From NCBI GenBank assembly GCA_028718805.1, contig JAQUKY010000007.1:18176-82175 (forward strand): a DNA stretch of 64,000 nucleotides, written 5' to 3'. The position numbers were made by a program, and so were the translations under genes. The stretch comes from Candidatus Nanoarchaeia archaeon. Lineage in GTDB: Archaea; Nanobdellota; Nanobdellia; Pacearchaeales; GW2011-AR1. How positions within the stretch are numbered: the stretch's first letter is position 1; each line of letters begins with the position of its first letter. Under the pieces are notes generated by a model. It was not told where the DNA came from, ran no database searches, and was given only the letters and a program-made list of their open reading frames with translations. This document shows positions 39,996 through 49,018 of the stretch, piece by piece.

Positions 39996-42900
39996 TCAAT
40001 AAGCCTGTTCATATGCAGGATTTTCATACTCCGGAGGGGCACTTTCTGTTTCAAATGGTATTCCAAATGCCTTTAATACTGCAACCGGATCTTTATGATA
40101 TTCATTGAATATCTTCTGATTCTGATTGAAATCAAAAATTCTCCTTTTTTGCATTTCGTATAGCAGCTTTGTCCTGAACTCAAATTCTTTGCCTAATTCT
40201 TCCAAGGTTAAACCATATCTTTCTGCAATTTTCTCAAAAACCTTACTGTCTTTTTTAAAATAAAAAACATCTTCTCTGGCATTCCATACAAAAGGAGTGT
40301 TTGTTAAAGCAATTCCTTTAGGGTCAACATTTATAATTTCAACAATCTCTCTTAATCTTCTTGTTTGCTGTTTGTTTACAATAGCATGGGTCATGACTGC
40401 AACACAATCTAATGTATTCAAAAGAGTAGGAGATAGTTCTATTGGAGGCGTTTCCAGTCTTTTAACTAATGTATCCACAGAATCTGCATGCATTGTGCTT
40501 ATAGATGAATGTCCCGAAGCCATTCCCTGGAACAGTACAAATGCTTCTTTTCCTCTGACTTCTCCTACAATTACATAATCTGGATTTTGCCTAAAAGAGT
40601 TTTTTAGTAAGCTAAACAAGTCAACTTCCCCGAAATTGCCTAATCCTAATGAGGTTCTTGAAACACTTGGCAGCCAGTTTTCTCTTGGAAGATTAATTTC
40701 CCTGGTATTATGGACAAAGATATTATCAACAATAAATTTCTCATGATCTGGTATGCTTAAGTCAAAAACCTCTGTTTCTTTAGGTTCTATTTTATTTATT
40801 TTTTTAACTCTATCCCAAAATATATCTGAATGTGACAAATCATTAAACAATGAGCCAGGTATTGCTATTTTCTGCAGGTAATCTCTTCCAATATTTTGCA
40901 TTCCCTGCAAATAAGGCCAGGATAATATCTTATTTGTATTAACATCTTTTAGCTGGTTTATGCTTAAAGGAACTATATCTGAATGGGTGTGCCAAGATTT
41001 TTTTCTTAACATTTCTATTACTTTTTCATTCTTTCTTTCCTGCAGAAATCCAATATCCGTGAATTTACTAATATTAGCAGAATCGGAAATTGACATGTTA
41101 ATACATTTATCTTTCCTGTCAAAATCATTGATTCTTGATATTATCCCAAATCTTAGAAGTAATGTCTGCAAGGTTTCAAGAATGTTTATACTTTGAGATG
41201 CGCAGGAAACTTCTGATTTTTTTGCACAGCCATCAGCACTAAAATACCCTCTTATAAAATGTTTTACCTGCTCATTTGAAAGCCCAAATATAAAATCAGG
41301 AATTTTTTTTGAATTTGAGCATCCATCAAATCTAAGGACATTTTTCATAAATTTATAGAAAATAGTGCTGTGTATTCTTAATGAAACTCCTCCGTCATTC
41401 ATCTCGGAATATCCTGCTTTAAGATATTCAGCCACATTTTTTAAAACATTTCTGCATTCTTCATCAATATTAGATAATATAACTGAATTTCCATTGTAGT
41501 TATCATAACTTCCATCTCCAAGCCATAGCCCGCAAAATTCTAGGAAATTATTACTTACATTAAAAATCACAGGTATTGAAGAGGTATTTTTGCTTTTTAT
41601 TCTTAGCTCTTTCAACTCATCATATGAAAAATTCTCCCTAATTTTTTTGAAATCCTCAATTTTTATAATATCATGTTCTTTCCACCATCTATATTTTTCT
41701 TTTTCAACTTTAAAGTCCTTTAATTTATATTTTTCAAAGATTTTTTTTATAGGTTTTCCAGCCAAGAAATCACCTTCAAAATATTCTAAATAACTCATTA
41801 AATTTATTTCTTTTATATTCTGCCCTTCAATTGGAAGTGCTCTTGGAACTGCTATAAACGATTCTCCTTCCTTGAGTTCAGTTGGTTTTATCTCTATTAA
41901 TCCATTTTCACCTAAGGAAAACAGGGAATGGTCTTGAGTTACTTTAACTTTTCTCCCTGTGCGAGTTAAAATTTCATAAATATCTTTTTTAACAGTGTGT
42001 TTTATATGGGAATAGGGTTTGACAAATATTATTTTCCCATTTTCATTTAAGGTCATTACTTCAGCATCTATTTTATTGTCTACAAATTCTTTTATTGTAA
42101 TATTCCTTATTTTTTCATTTTCTTTAATAATTATTTTTGAATCTCCTGTAACACTGTCTTCAATTGAAACAACTCTTGATTCTGGAGGGATAAAAAAAGC
42201 AATAGCATTCAACAAAGTTGTTTTTCCAGAGGCTGTTCCTCCTGAAATCAAAATGTTTGATTTATGTTCAAGCAAAATCCAAAAATAAGCAAGCATCTCG
42301 GGAGAAATTGTTTTCATGCTTAACAATTGAATTGGCGTCCATGGAACTTTTGTAAACTTTCTTATTGTAAATGTAGGTCCTCTCGAGGTTACGTCTACTG
42401 TGTAAGTTGCGTTTACTCTTGAGCCATCAGGCAAACTTCCATCCAGAATAGGGGATGCATAGGAAATATACTTCCCGCATCTTTGTGCTATTTTTTCAAC
42501 AAAACTTGATATTTTATCCATAGAATCAAATTTAATATTGGTTTTCATGTTTCTGTATAATCTATGGACAATGAAGATAGGGGTATTGATTCCGTTGCAT
42601 TCTATATCTTCTATAAAAAAGTCTCTCATTAAAGGCTCAATTTCATTTAACCCTACAAAATTTCTAAACAAATAATAAAATATTTTTTTATAAGATTCCT
42701 CACCAACAGTTAGAGCAAGCTCTTCAATCAACAATCTTGAAGTTTTGTCTATATAGTCTATCATGGCCTCTTTTGTTTTTTCAACAAGAATATTAACATT
42801 AATCATTTCTTCCAGGCTTCTTTCTAACACAACAAGCAAGGATTTCTCATTGTCGCTCAAAACCGGTTCCTCAATATTATAGAGAAGTTCTCCTACTCTT

Positions 42901-43028
42901 TGATCCCAATAAATATGGACGCTAACATAGGGAGAAATAAGGACATACCTGACATTAATTTTTGTTTTGTCCTCCATTTTAGGCAGGGCAGGTATTGTGG
43001 GGTTTAAATTTATTTCTATGCGTTGCAT
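39996..43028 (-). CDS. Type IV pilus/T2SS assembly ATPase (TadA/VirB11/ArlI family), intein-interrupted
   Basis: IEDI, LPDGSRV, FTIRKF, GGTASGKTT, SIED|TRE, RQNPD..VGEVRG, SGH..STMHA. Confidence 0.94.
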   Translation of the reverse strand: MQRIEINLNPTIPALPKMEDKTKINVRYVLISPYVSVHIYWDQRVGELLYNIEEPVLSDNEKSLLVVLERSLEEMINVNILVEKTKEAMIDYIDKTSRLLIEELALTVGEESYKKIFYYLFRNFVGLNEIEPLMRDFFIEDIECNGINTPIFIVHRLYRNMKTNIKFDSMDKISSFVEKIAQRCGKYISYASPILDGSLPDGSRVNATYTVDVTSRGPTFTIRKFTKVPWTPIQLLSMKTISPEMLAYFWILLEHKSNILISGGTASGKTTLLNAIAFFIPPESRVVSIEDSVTGDSKIIIKENEKIRNITIKEFVDNKIDAEVMTLNENGKIIFVKPYSHIKHTVKKDIYEILTRTGRKVKVTQDHSLFSLGENGLIEIKPTELKEGESFIAVPRALPIEGQNIKEINLMSYLEYFEGDFLAGKPIKKIFEKYKLKDFKVEKEKYRWWKEHDIIKIEDFKKIRENFSYDELKELRIKSKNTSSIPVIFNVSNNFLEFCGLWLGDGSYDNYNGNSVILSNIDEECRNVLKNVAEYLKAGYSEMNDGGVSLRIHSTIFYKFMKNVLRFDGCSNSKKIPDFIFGLSNEQVKHFIRGYFSADGCAKKSEVSCASQSINILETLQTLLLRFGIISRINDFDRKDKCINMSISDSANISKFTDIGFLQERKNEKVIEMLRKKSWHTHSDIVPLSINQLKDVNTNKILSWPYLQGMQNIGRDYLQKIAIPGSLFNDLSHSDIFWDRVKKINKIEPKETEVFDLSIPDHEKFIVDNIFVHNTREINLPRENWLPSVSRTSLGLGNFGEVDLFSLLKNSFRQNPDYVIVGEVRGKEAFVLFQGMASGHSSISTMHADSVDTLVKRLETPPIELSPTLLNTLDCVAVMTHAIVNKQQTRRLREIVEIINVDPKGIALTNTPFVWNAREDVFYFKKDSKVFEKIAERYGLTLEELGKEFEFRTKLLYEMQKRRIFDFNQNQKIFNEYHKDPVAVLKAFGIPFETESAPPEYENPAYEQAY
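40707..42155 (-). mobile_element. Intein (483 aa) with LAGLIDADG homing endonuclease
   Basis: Starts SVTGD after SIED, TQDH block B, GLWLGDG and GYFSADG motifs, VFDLSI..FVHN|T end. Confidence 0.93.
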
Positions 43029-43047
43029 TTTTCCTCTTTTTTGTTTT

Positions 43048-43153
43048 ATCAGTAATCTATAAAACGAGGCAGTATGTACCTGAGTAGATTAAGATGTTAT
43101 TCATAAGCTTACTGCCGATTGCTCCTTATTTCCTCGTTTTTTGCATTACTGGT
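43048..43153 (-). repeat. Intergenic modular element with best-preserved terminal inverted repeat
   Basis: CAGTAAT-CTAT-AAAACGAGG ... CCTCGTTTT-TTGC-ATTACTG; inner GGCAGTA/TACTGCC pairing. Confidence 0.82.
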
Positions 43154-43188
43154 TTAGTTTTTATTTATATCTTAATATCCTTTTATAT

Positions 43189-43722
43189 TTAAATTATGCT
43201 AAATTCAATATTTGTATTTTGTCCTGGGCTAGAAGTTTCTTTATTCTGCATTACTATTTTATAAGGGGTTGTTCCTGCCTGCAAGGTTTTTATCCCTCCG
43301 TCCCCGTTTTTATTAGTTATGTCCAGGTTTGGATAATTCATTGTTAAGATTATTCTAAATCTTGCAGGCATTTTTTCAGTTCTGAGAACAATATTCCCCT
43401 GAGTAATATTTTCCCCAATTTCAGACAATTCTAGTTTAGTATCCTCTAAGGTGTATTTTATTAAATTGTTGTCAGCATCAATATCCAATCTCCCTTTAGA
43501 TATACCTAATTCAACAACTCTTGAATTGCCAGGCGCTTGTTCAACTTCTGAAATCTTTTTATCCAGGATATTAAGAGCAGTTACAGTTTGTTCTATTAAT
43601 GCCTTGTCCTTGGATTTTTCAATTTGAGGCAAAGCCATTGATAAAATTATTGCGATTACTGTTAATCCAATTAAAGTATAGACAACAGTTTCCACCCAGA
43701 TTTGGCCTTTTTTTCTAAACAT
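43189..43722 (-). CDS. Archaeal pilin-like protein
   Basis: RKKG|QIWVE class III signal plus hydrophobic helix. Confidence 0.82.
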   Translation of the reverse strand: MFRKKGQIWVETVVYTLIGLTVIAIILSMALPQIEKSKDKALIEQTVTALNILDKKISEVEQAPGNSRVVELGISKGRLDIDADNNLIKYTLEDTKLELSEIGENITQGNIVLRTEKMPARFRIILTMNYPNLDITNKNGDGGIKTLQAGTTPYKIVMQNKETSSPGQNTNIEFSII

Positions 43723-44239
43723 TTGGACATCTTTGGAAAGCAGAGCAATCTTCAATAACAGTTGCTGTATCAGAAGCATCACATGCCTTACCGCCTTTTA
43801 AAATAGGATATACTCTTATTATATTAGGTTTAGTAGCAGTAATCACATAAGTTCTTTCTGTATTATCACTTAGAGGAAGCTCAATAGTTGTGCTTCCGTT
43901 ACACATAGAAACTCCGGTTATATTATTTCCGTTTTTTATCTTGTAACTATCAGTAGATGCTCCTCCCAGCTCAATGGAAACTCCTTCGATTAAATCTCTT
44001 ATTTCTAAAACATGAACCTGAACCTGCATTGCAGTGCCATTCCAGCAGGTATAACCAGAACTTATCTCTATTTTTCCTGTAACATCCAGGCAATCTCCTG
44101 AATTAAGTTTGTTCTTAACAAAGGGGATTACAAAAGCGATTATTAGCATTGCTGCAATTATTACGATTAAGATTAATAATACTGATGATATAATCTCAGA
44201 CTGTGCATTTGATTTTGAAAGTTTCGAATTTGTTTTCAT
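43715..44239 (-). CDS. Archaeal pilin-like protein
   Basis: NA|QSEII class III-like signal plus hydrophobic helix. Confidence 0.8.
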   Translation of the reverse strand: MKTNSKLSKSNAQSEIISSVLLILIVIIAAMLIIAFVIPFVKNKLNSGDCLDVTGKIEISSGYTCWNGTAMQVQVHVLEIRDLIEGVSIELGGASTDSYKIKNGNNITGVSMCNGSTTIELPLSDNTERTYVITATKPNIIRVYPILKGGKACDASDTATVIEDCSAFQRCPNV

Positions 44240-44240
44240 T

Positions 44241-44705
44241 TTAAGCTTCCCACAAAACAAAAGCAGCCTGTTCAGGACAGGTAAATTCTTTTATTCCCCC
44301 TTCTTTATTTTTTCCAAGAAGAATAGGTATTATTTTAACTTCAGTAGTAGTTGTAGGATCTATTGCTTCAACACTTAATTTTGTAGAGAGCCCGATATCT
44401 ACTTGCCCATTTTTAGTTTGGTCAGCACGAACAATTCTGGAATTCCCGCCCTCACTTATCTTCACATCAACTGCATATATTGGGACATTTCCAATGTTAG
44501 TAAATCCATAAGTATAATCTTCATTAACAAAAGTTTTAATACTTACCTCACTGCAGACATTTTCAATAGGCTTGTCAAATTTCAAAAGCTTTTCTTTAAT
44601 AAATCCCTGGCTCCATAACAAGATTATAATTGCGATTATAATCACAATCATAATTAAAAGAACTGTTGCAATAACAGGACTAACTCCCTTTTTACCTCTT
44701 TTCAT
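44241..44705 (-). CDS. Archaeal type IV pilin
   Basis: KKG|VSPVIATVLLI canonical pilin N-terminus. Confidence 0.9.
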   Translation of the reverse strand: MKRGKKGVSPVIATVLLIMIVIIIAIIILLWSQGFIKEKLLKFDKPIENVCSEVSIKTFVNEDYTYGFTNIGNVPIYAVDVKISEGGNSRIVRADQTKNGQVDIGLSTKLSVEAIDPTTTTEVKIIPILLGKNKEGGIKEFTCPEQAAFVLWEA

Positions 44706-44743
44706 ATTATTATCTTGTTTTTTTAATTTAAATATTTATTGTT

Positions 44744-45427
44744 TTAAACTGTGCATAAAGAAGTATTGAAAGTGCATTCTAGAGGGTCTTCCTGCGGATA
44801 GCATGATAATGTCCCTCCTGTGAATCCTCCAGGGATTGTTGTACAATTATTCCCATTTAAGTCACTTCCGTCACATAATTCAGTTCCATTTATTATATTA
44901 TCCCCGCAATATGAAAGTATCCCGCATCCGCTAACATCCTGCTTGATCAAGGCCTGTTCGCAGACAATTATTTTTCCTTTTTCATTTATTATATATGGTT
45001 GTATCTGGATAATTTCAATAAATCCTTCTTTTGTAAAACTAATCTCTCTTGGTTCATCACTTGGTTTAAATGTAGTATTAAAATCATAATAGCCTGGTGT
45101 AGTGGGAATTGCTCCATCCGGATATATTGCAGAAAGTTTTGTTGTAGGAATTCTGTTAATATCATCGCTTGCAAGAATTATGAATCCATTAACATTAAAA
45201 TTACCATTATTTTTGAGTTTAATTGTAATTATATTTGAATTGCAGGTAACATCATCTATCCTTAAAGAAGTTCCATCTCTGCAGTCAATTTTAGGATTTA
45301 CATTAGCTAAATCCTTTAACCATATAAAAACCCCAATTGAAATCCCAATTGCAATTGCAATTAAGATTACATAAGAAATCATCTCACTTACTCCTTTCTT
45401 ATTCATTCCTATTCTTTTTAATTTCAT
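44744..45427 (-). CDS. Archaeal pilin with C-terminal Cys-rich repeat
   Basis: KKG|VSEMI; C-terminal CGDNIINGTELCDG..C..C..C. Confidence 0.85.
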   Translation of the reverse strand: MKLKRIGMNKKGVSEMISYVILIAIAIGISIGVFIWLKDLANVNPKIDCRDGTSLRIDDVTCNSNIITIKLKNNGNFNVNGFIILASDDINRIPTTKLSAIYPDGAIPTTPGYYDFNTTFKPSDEPREISFTKEGFIEIIQIQPYIINEKGKIIVCEQALIKQDVSGCGILSYCGDNIINGTELCDGSDLNGNNCTTIPGGFTGGTLSCYPQEDPLECTFNTSLCTV

Positions 45428-45444
45428 CTCTTTTTTGTTTATCT

Positions 45445-45532
45445 TTTGGTAATCTGTTAAGCGATTTTAATATGTTCTTGAGTAGCATAAGCTTCTCATA
45501 CATAGCTTATTTCATTTTTGTTTGTTATTAAT
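45445..45532 (-). repeat. Intergenic modular element
   Basis: Minus strand GAAATAAGCTATG..GAGAAGCTTA..CATATTAAAATCGCTT..AGATTACC. Confidence 0.75.
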
Positions 45533-45574
45533 GTTCACTTTTTTTATTAATTATATAAATTTATGTTAACTTTT

Positions 45575-46111
45575 TTAATTTCTCTCAATATAAACTTCTC
45601 CTTCTTTTTCCTGGGTTATAAGGAAATAAAACATTTCATTATTTCTGATTTCAAATTCAAAATTTCTGTTTAAGATTGTGACATTAATTGTTTCTCCAAA
45701 ACCGGTCAATCTTGTTCTATTGGCATAGATAGTTATTTCATTCCATGAAGGTGAAGCCCCCCCCAAAGTAGCATAAACATCTCCGGTATGTTCAGGTTTA
45801 TATTGGACAGAATATAATTCATCTGCATCACCATAAATAAAGACTATGCTTGTATTATCTGTTTTTTTTAAAAAATAGGGTGCAAATTCAGAATCAGTAA
45901 AATTATTCAAAACTCTTGTTAAATTATCCTTTGAATAAACCCCATAATCAACAATTCTAACAGTTTCTTCTCTTAATTCGCTTCCAATATCCTGTATTTT
46001 TCTTGGTTCTGATTTTACAGAAGCATAAGTTTTAACACTGGCAATTCCAGATACCGCCAGGATAATTATTATTGCTGCAACTAAGTAGTACTGCCCCTTT
46101 TTATTTCTCAT
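45575..46111 (-). CDS. Pilin-like protein with class III signal peptide
   Basis: NKKG|QYYL plus hydrophobic helix. Confidence 0.78.
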   Translation of the reverse strand: MRNKKGQYYLVAAIIIILAVSGIASVKTYASVKSEPRKIQDIGSELREETVRIVDYGVYSKDNLTRVLNNFTDSEFAPYFLKKTDNTSIVFIYGDADELYSVQYKPEHTGDVYATLGGASPSWNEITIYANRTRLTGFGETINVTILNRNFEFEIRNNEMFYFLITQEKEGEVYIERN

Positions 46112-46161
46112 TTTATAAATAAATCAAGTAATTTAACATATATAAATATTTAGAAATAAAG

Positions 46162-46422
46162 TGCAGACCCGGGAGTTTGCTTCATATCTATCAAAAAGCT
46201 ACCTCAGTACATTCTCGGAATTGCTACCCCTCAAGCATCTTAAACTAATGTTTAGGGCTGCTCCGATCAAGGCCTGACCCATTTCGCAATAGCAAGATCA
46301 AGAAGGACAAAACTTCAACGTTTGTATAGAGACTTAATGACAAATATGTCACTTACCCCCTTGCAGCTTGCTTAAAGCTCACTAGCAAATGGCAGAGAGC
46401 TACACTGCCAGCCTAGTCTGCA
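46162..46422 (-). ncRNA. ffs: Archaeal SRP (7S) RNA
   Basis: GC-richer island; termini UGCAGAC/GUCUGCA pair; UGUAG Alu motif; helix 8 GGGUCAGGCC..GGAGCAGCCC with the SRP54-binding CAGG/AGCA loop. Confidence 0.85.
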
Positions 46423-46445
46423 GAAATCATAAGAATTAACTGTTT

Positions 46446-46655
46446 TTAAGGTTTGTGATTTAAACTGTTAATTATTTTATCAATGTGTAATCCTTCGCCT
46501 TGTGAATTACAAGCCCTCAATAATGCTTCAATACTCTCTGCCTGGTCATCTTGTATTTCCATTGTCTTAGTCCCGCCAAATAATCCTGCTAATAAAGGTT
46601 CTTCAACTATTCCTGTTACATATCCTTGTGGATTTGTCTGTACATATTTTGTCAT
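46446..46655 (-). CDS. Hypothetical small protein
   Basis: 69 aa ORF with upstream TATA-like box. Confidence 0.5.
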   Translation of the reverse strand: MTKYVQTNPQGYVTGIVEEPLLAGLFGGTKTMEIQDDQAESIEALLRACNSQGEGLHIDKIINSLNHKP

Positions 46656-46734
46656 TTTAATTTATCAGAACTCAATTTCCCTGGGTAATAAATCTAAAAA
46701 ATACCCCTATTTAAAACTTACTTTCCAGCCTATT

Positions 46735-48294
46735 TCATCTCATTATCAAAAAAACAATAAGAATTAAGATTAAAATTATAATTATAATCAAAAAACCAAG
46801 CAGGAACTTGTTTGTATAACCTGGACTTTTTGAATCCCCCAGGACATCTGATTTTTCAGAAGTACTATTAAGGCTTATAGCCCAGCCCTGATTCTGGCTG
46901 TTTAATTCTGAGTCTAATCCTAATAAAATTGACTGATGAGTTGAAGAAGAATCATCAAACTCCTTGCATCTGTCATGAGTGTAATAATATTCACTGCATT
47001 CCTCATCATAACAGCATCTGTGCTTATTTTCCTTATCATCCTCTTCTTCACTAGCGCATACTCCATCTTCACAACCATTGTCACATTCTTTAACAAGCTC
47101 TTTTACATTGCTTGAAGAACATGCTCCATTTGCACATCCTGGGATTATATGGTCTTTGTAAACATCCCCGTTATAACAATAATTATCAGAATAACTTTCA
47201 TTTCCGCAGTCCTGGAACAATTTCTGGATTACATTAATCACACATGTTTCATTTCCTCCGCAGGACCAGTCATTTAAATTCCAGTAAACATCACTATTAT
47301 AGCAGTATTTGTCAGAATATGAATCATTAGGACATTGTTCATCTGAACAGCAGGGTATAATCTCAATCTTGCATTCAGAGGAGCATCCATCTCCATTAAC
47401 ATTATTTCCGTCATCACACTCTTCACCTGCTTGGTTTACAAAGCTATCACCGCAGTGATGTTCAGGTTCAGGCGCGCAATTTCCGTCTTCACATCCATAA
47501 GTACAGTTTTCAACAAATTCATTCTTATAATCAGGAGTGGTAAAGCATGATGCACCAGAACATCCTCTTAAAACATCTGTCTTGTTTTTCCATACTTCTT
47601 TTCCTATGCAGTAATTATCCCAGGCCCCATATGAATTGCTTCCGCAATTCTCAAATAATTGAGGGGTTATGTTAAGAAGGCAATTTCCATCCTCGCAAAA
47701 ATGATTTATGAAATCATGGTAAATATTATTGCTAATACAGTATTTATCGCTATAAGTATCAATAGGGCACTGTGTGTCTGAGCAACATCCTTCACTTTCA
47801 ATTATGCAAAATTCATTGCATCCATCTCCATTTACTAAATTTTCATCATCGCATTCCTCTCCTGCATCTAGATTTCCATCACCACACTCAGGCTCTGGTT
47901 CATCAACACATTCTCCATTAAAACAGCCATATTCACACTCTTTTTTTAAGACGGAATTTATGTCCATATGGCAATAGCTGTCAAGTTCTCCTGGATTCTT
48001 GCATTCAAATGTTTTATACATCTGGTAAACATCATTATTATAGCAGTAAGGGCTTAAAATCAGACCAGAATCTCCGCAGTCAGAATTTGAAGAGCATATT
48101 GGCTCAAAACAGTTAAATCCAAAGCTGCTGCAGTTAAATTCAAAATTACAGAAATCACATTCAAAATCATCAAAATTAAACCCAAAATCATCAAAATTAA
48201 AACCGCATCCAGTATCGCATGCGCTGACAAGACTTATTAACATGACAGTTAATAATCCAAATATTCCAAAAAGCAATATATTTTTTGTATTCAT
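46735..48294 (-). CDS. Cys-rich repeat surface protein (Myxococcus-type CGDG..ECDDGN..DGC repeats)
   Basis: Signal peptide, two CGD/ECDD repeats, YC..VY repeats, C-terminal TM. Confidence 0.85.
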   Translation of the reverse strand: MNTKNILLFGIFGLLTVMLISLVSACDTGCGFNFDDFGFNFDDFECDFCNFEFNCSSFGFNCFEPICSSNSDCGDSGLILSPYCYNNDVYQMYKTFECKNPGELDSYCHMDINSVLKKECEYGCFNGECVDEPEPECGDGNLDAGEECDDENLVNGDGCNEFCIIESEGCCSDTQCPIDTYSDKYCISNNIYHDFINHFCEDGNCLLNITPQLFENCGSNSYGAWDNYCIGKEVWKNKTDVLRGCSGASCFTTPDYKNEFVENCTYGCEDGNCAPEPEHHCGDSFVNQAGEECDDGNNVNGDGCSSECKIEIIPCCSDEQCPNDSYSDKYCYNSDVYWNLNDWSCGGNETCVINVIQKLFQDCGNESYSDNYCYNGDVYKDHIIPGCANGACSSSNVKELVKECDNGCEDGVCASEEEDDKENKHRCCYDEECSEYYYTHDRCKEFDDSSSTHQSILLGLDSELNSQNQGWAISLNSTSEKSDVLGDSKSPGYTNKFLLGFLIIIIILILILIVFLIMR

Positions 48295-48429
48295 GTGGTT
48301 GATTGTACCTCGCTAATCACCCCAGAGTACTAAAAAAGAATAGATTATTTGTTTATAAACAAACTTATTCTTTTGAATATACTTTATTTTATCACTGATA
48401 TGTGAAACACTAATATCCCCAAAATAAGA

Positions 48430-48708
48430 TTATTTAACTTCATTAAAGAAGTAGTTTGGGTCTGTCATAGTTATGCTATATCCACAACTACATTCAACTA
48501 CATATTGCGGCGGAAGTGATTCAAGAGTGTTTGTAACTTTAAGACCGCTGTGTCTCTTGTCAAATAAACATGCTTCAGGGATTTCTCCATCTGCTTGAAG
48601 CCTTGTTATTATACCATCCACTTCGGCTTCTAATTGAAAAACTGGTTTTTTTTCACTTTCACTGCCTTCTGGCATAGTATTTTTAAAAACTTTTCCTGTT
48701 AGTTTCAT
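48430..48708 (-). CDS. Hypothetical protein (possible Zn binder)
   Basis: 92 aa, C..H..CSC; AGGAGG Shine-Dalgarno. Confidence 0.55.
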   Translation of the reverse strand: MKLTGKVFKNTMPEGSESEKKPVFQLEAEVDGIITRLQADGEIPEACLFDKRHSGLKVTNTLESLPPQYVVECSCGYSITMTDPNYFFNEVK

Positions 48709-48772
48709 TTTAATTTCCTCCTTTCATCTTTATTAATAAAAGGATAATTTCTTCTTTTATCTAATGCAAATT

Positions 48773-49018
48773 TTAACCCCTGATAATCTTCACACTTTTA
48801 ATTAGCTTAGCTTTATCGCCTATGGTTTTGATTAACCTCTCAATTTCATCAGGCCTGAACTCTATTAACCCAGAAGTTGAGTTATTCCTAAATGCTATTT
48901 CAAATTTTTCATTTTTAGGATTCACCATATCCTCATTAATCATAATCTCTTCAATATGGACCTGATTTTTTACTTTTCTTGGCCCATTTCCTGTTTTGTA
49001 TTTTGTTTTTATTATCAT
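48773..49018 (-). CDS. Hypothetical protein
   Basis: 81 aa, overlaps the upstream stop (ATGA). Confidence 0.6.
   Translation of the reverse strand: MIIKTKYKTGNGPRKVKNQVHIEEIMINEDMVNPKNEKFEIAFRNNSTSGLIEFRPDEIERLIKTIGDKAKLIKSVKIIRG

Noticed and set aside
46162..46422. GC-richer island as RNase P RNA or tRNA
   Set aside because: No GAGGAAAGUCC or AAACAGAA RNase P motifs and no cloverleaf, while SRP helix-8 and Alu motifs are present
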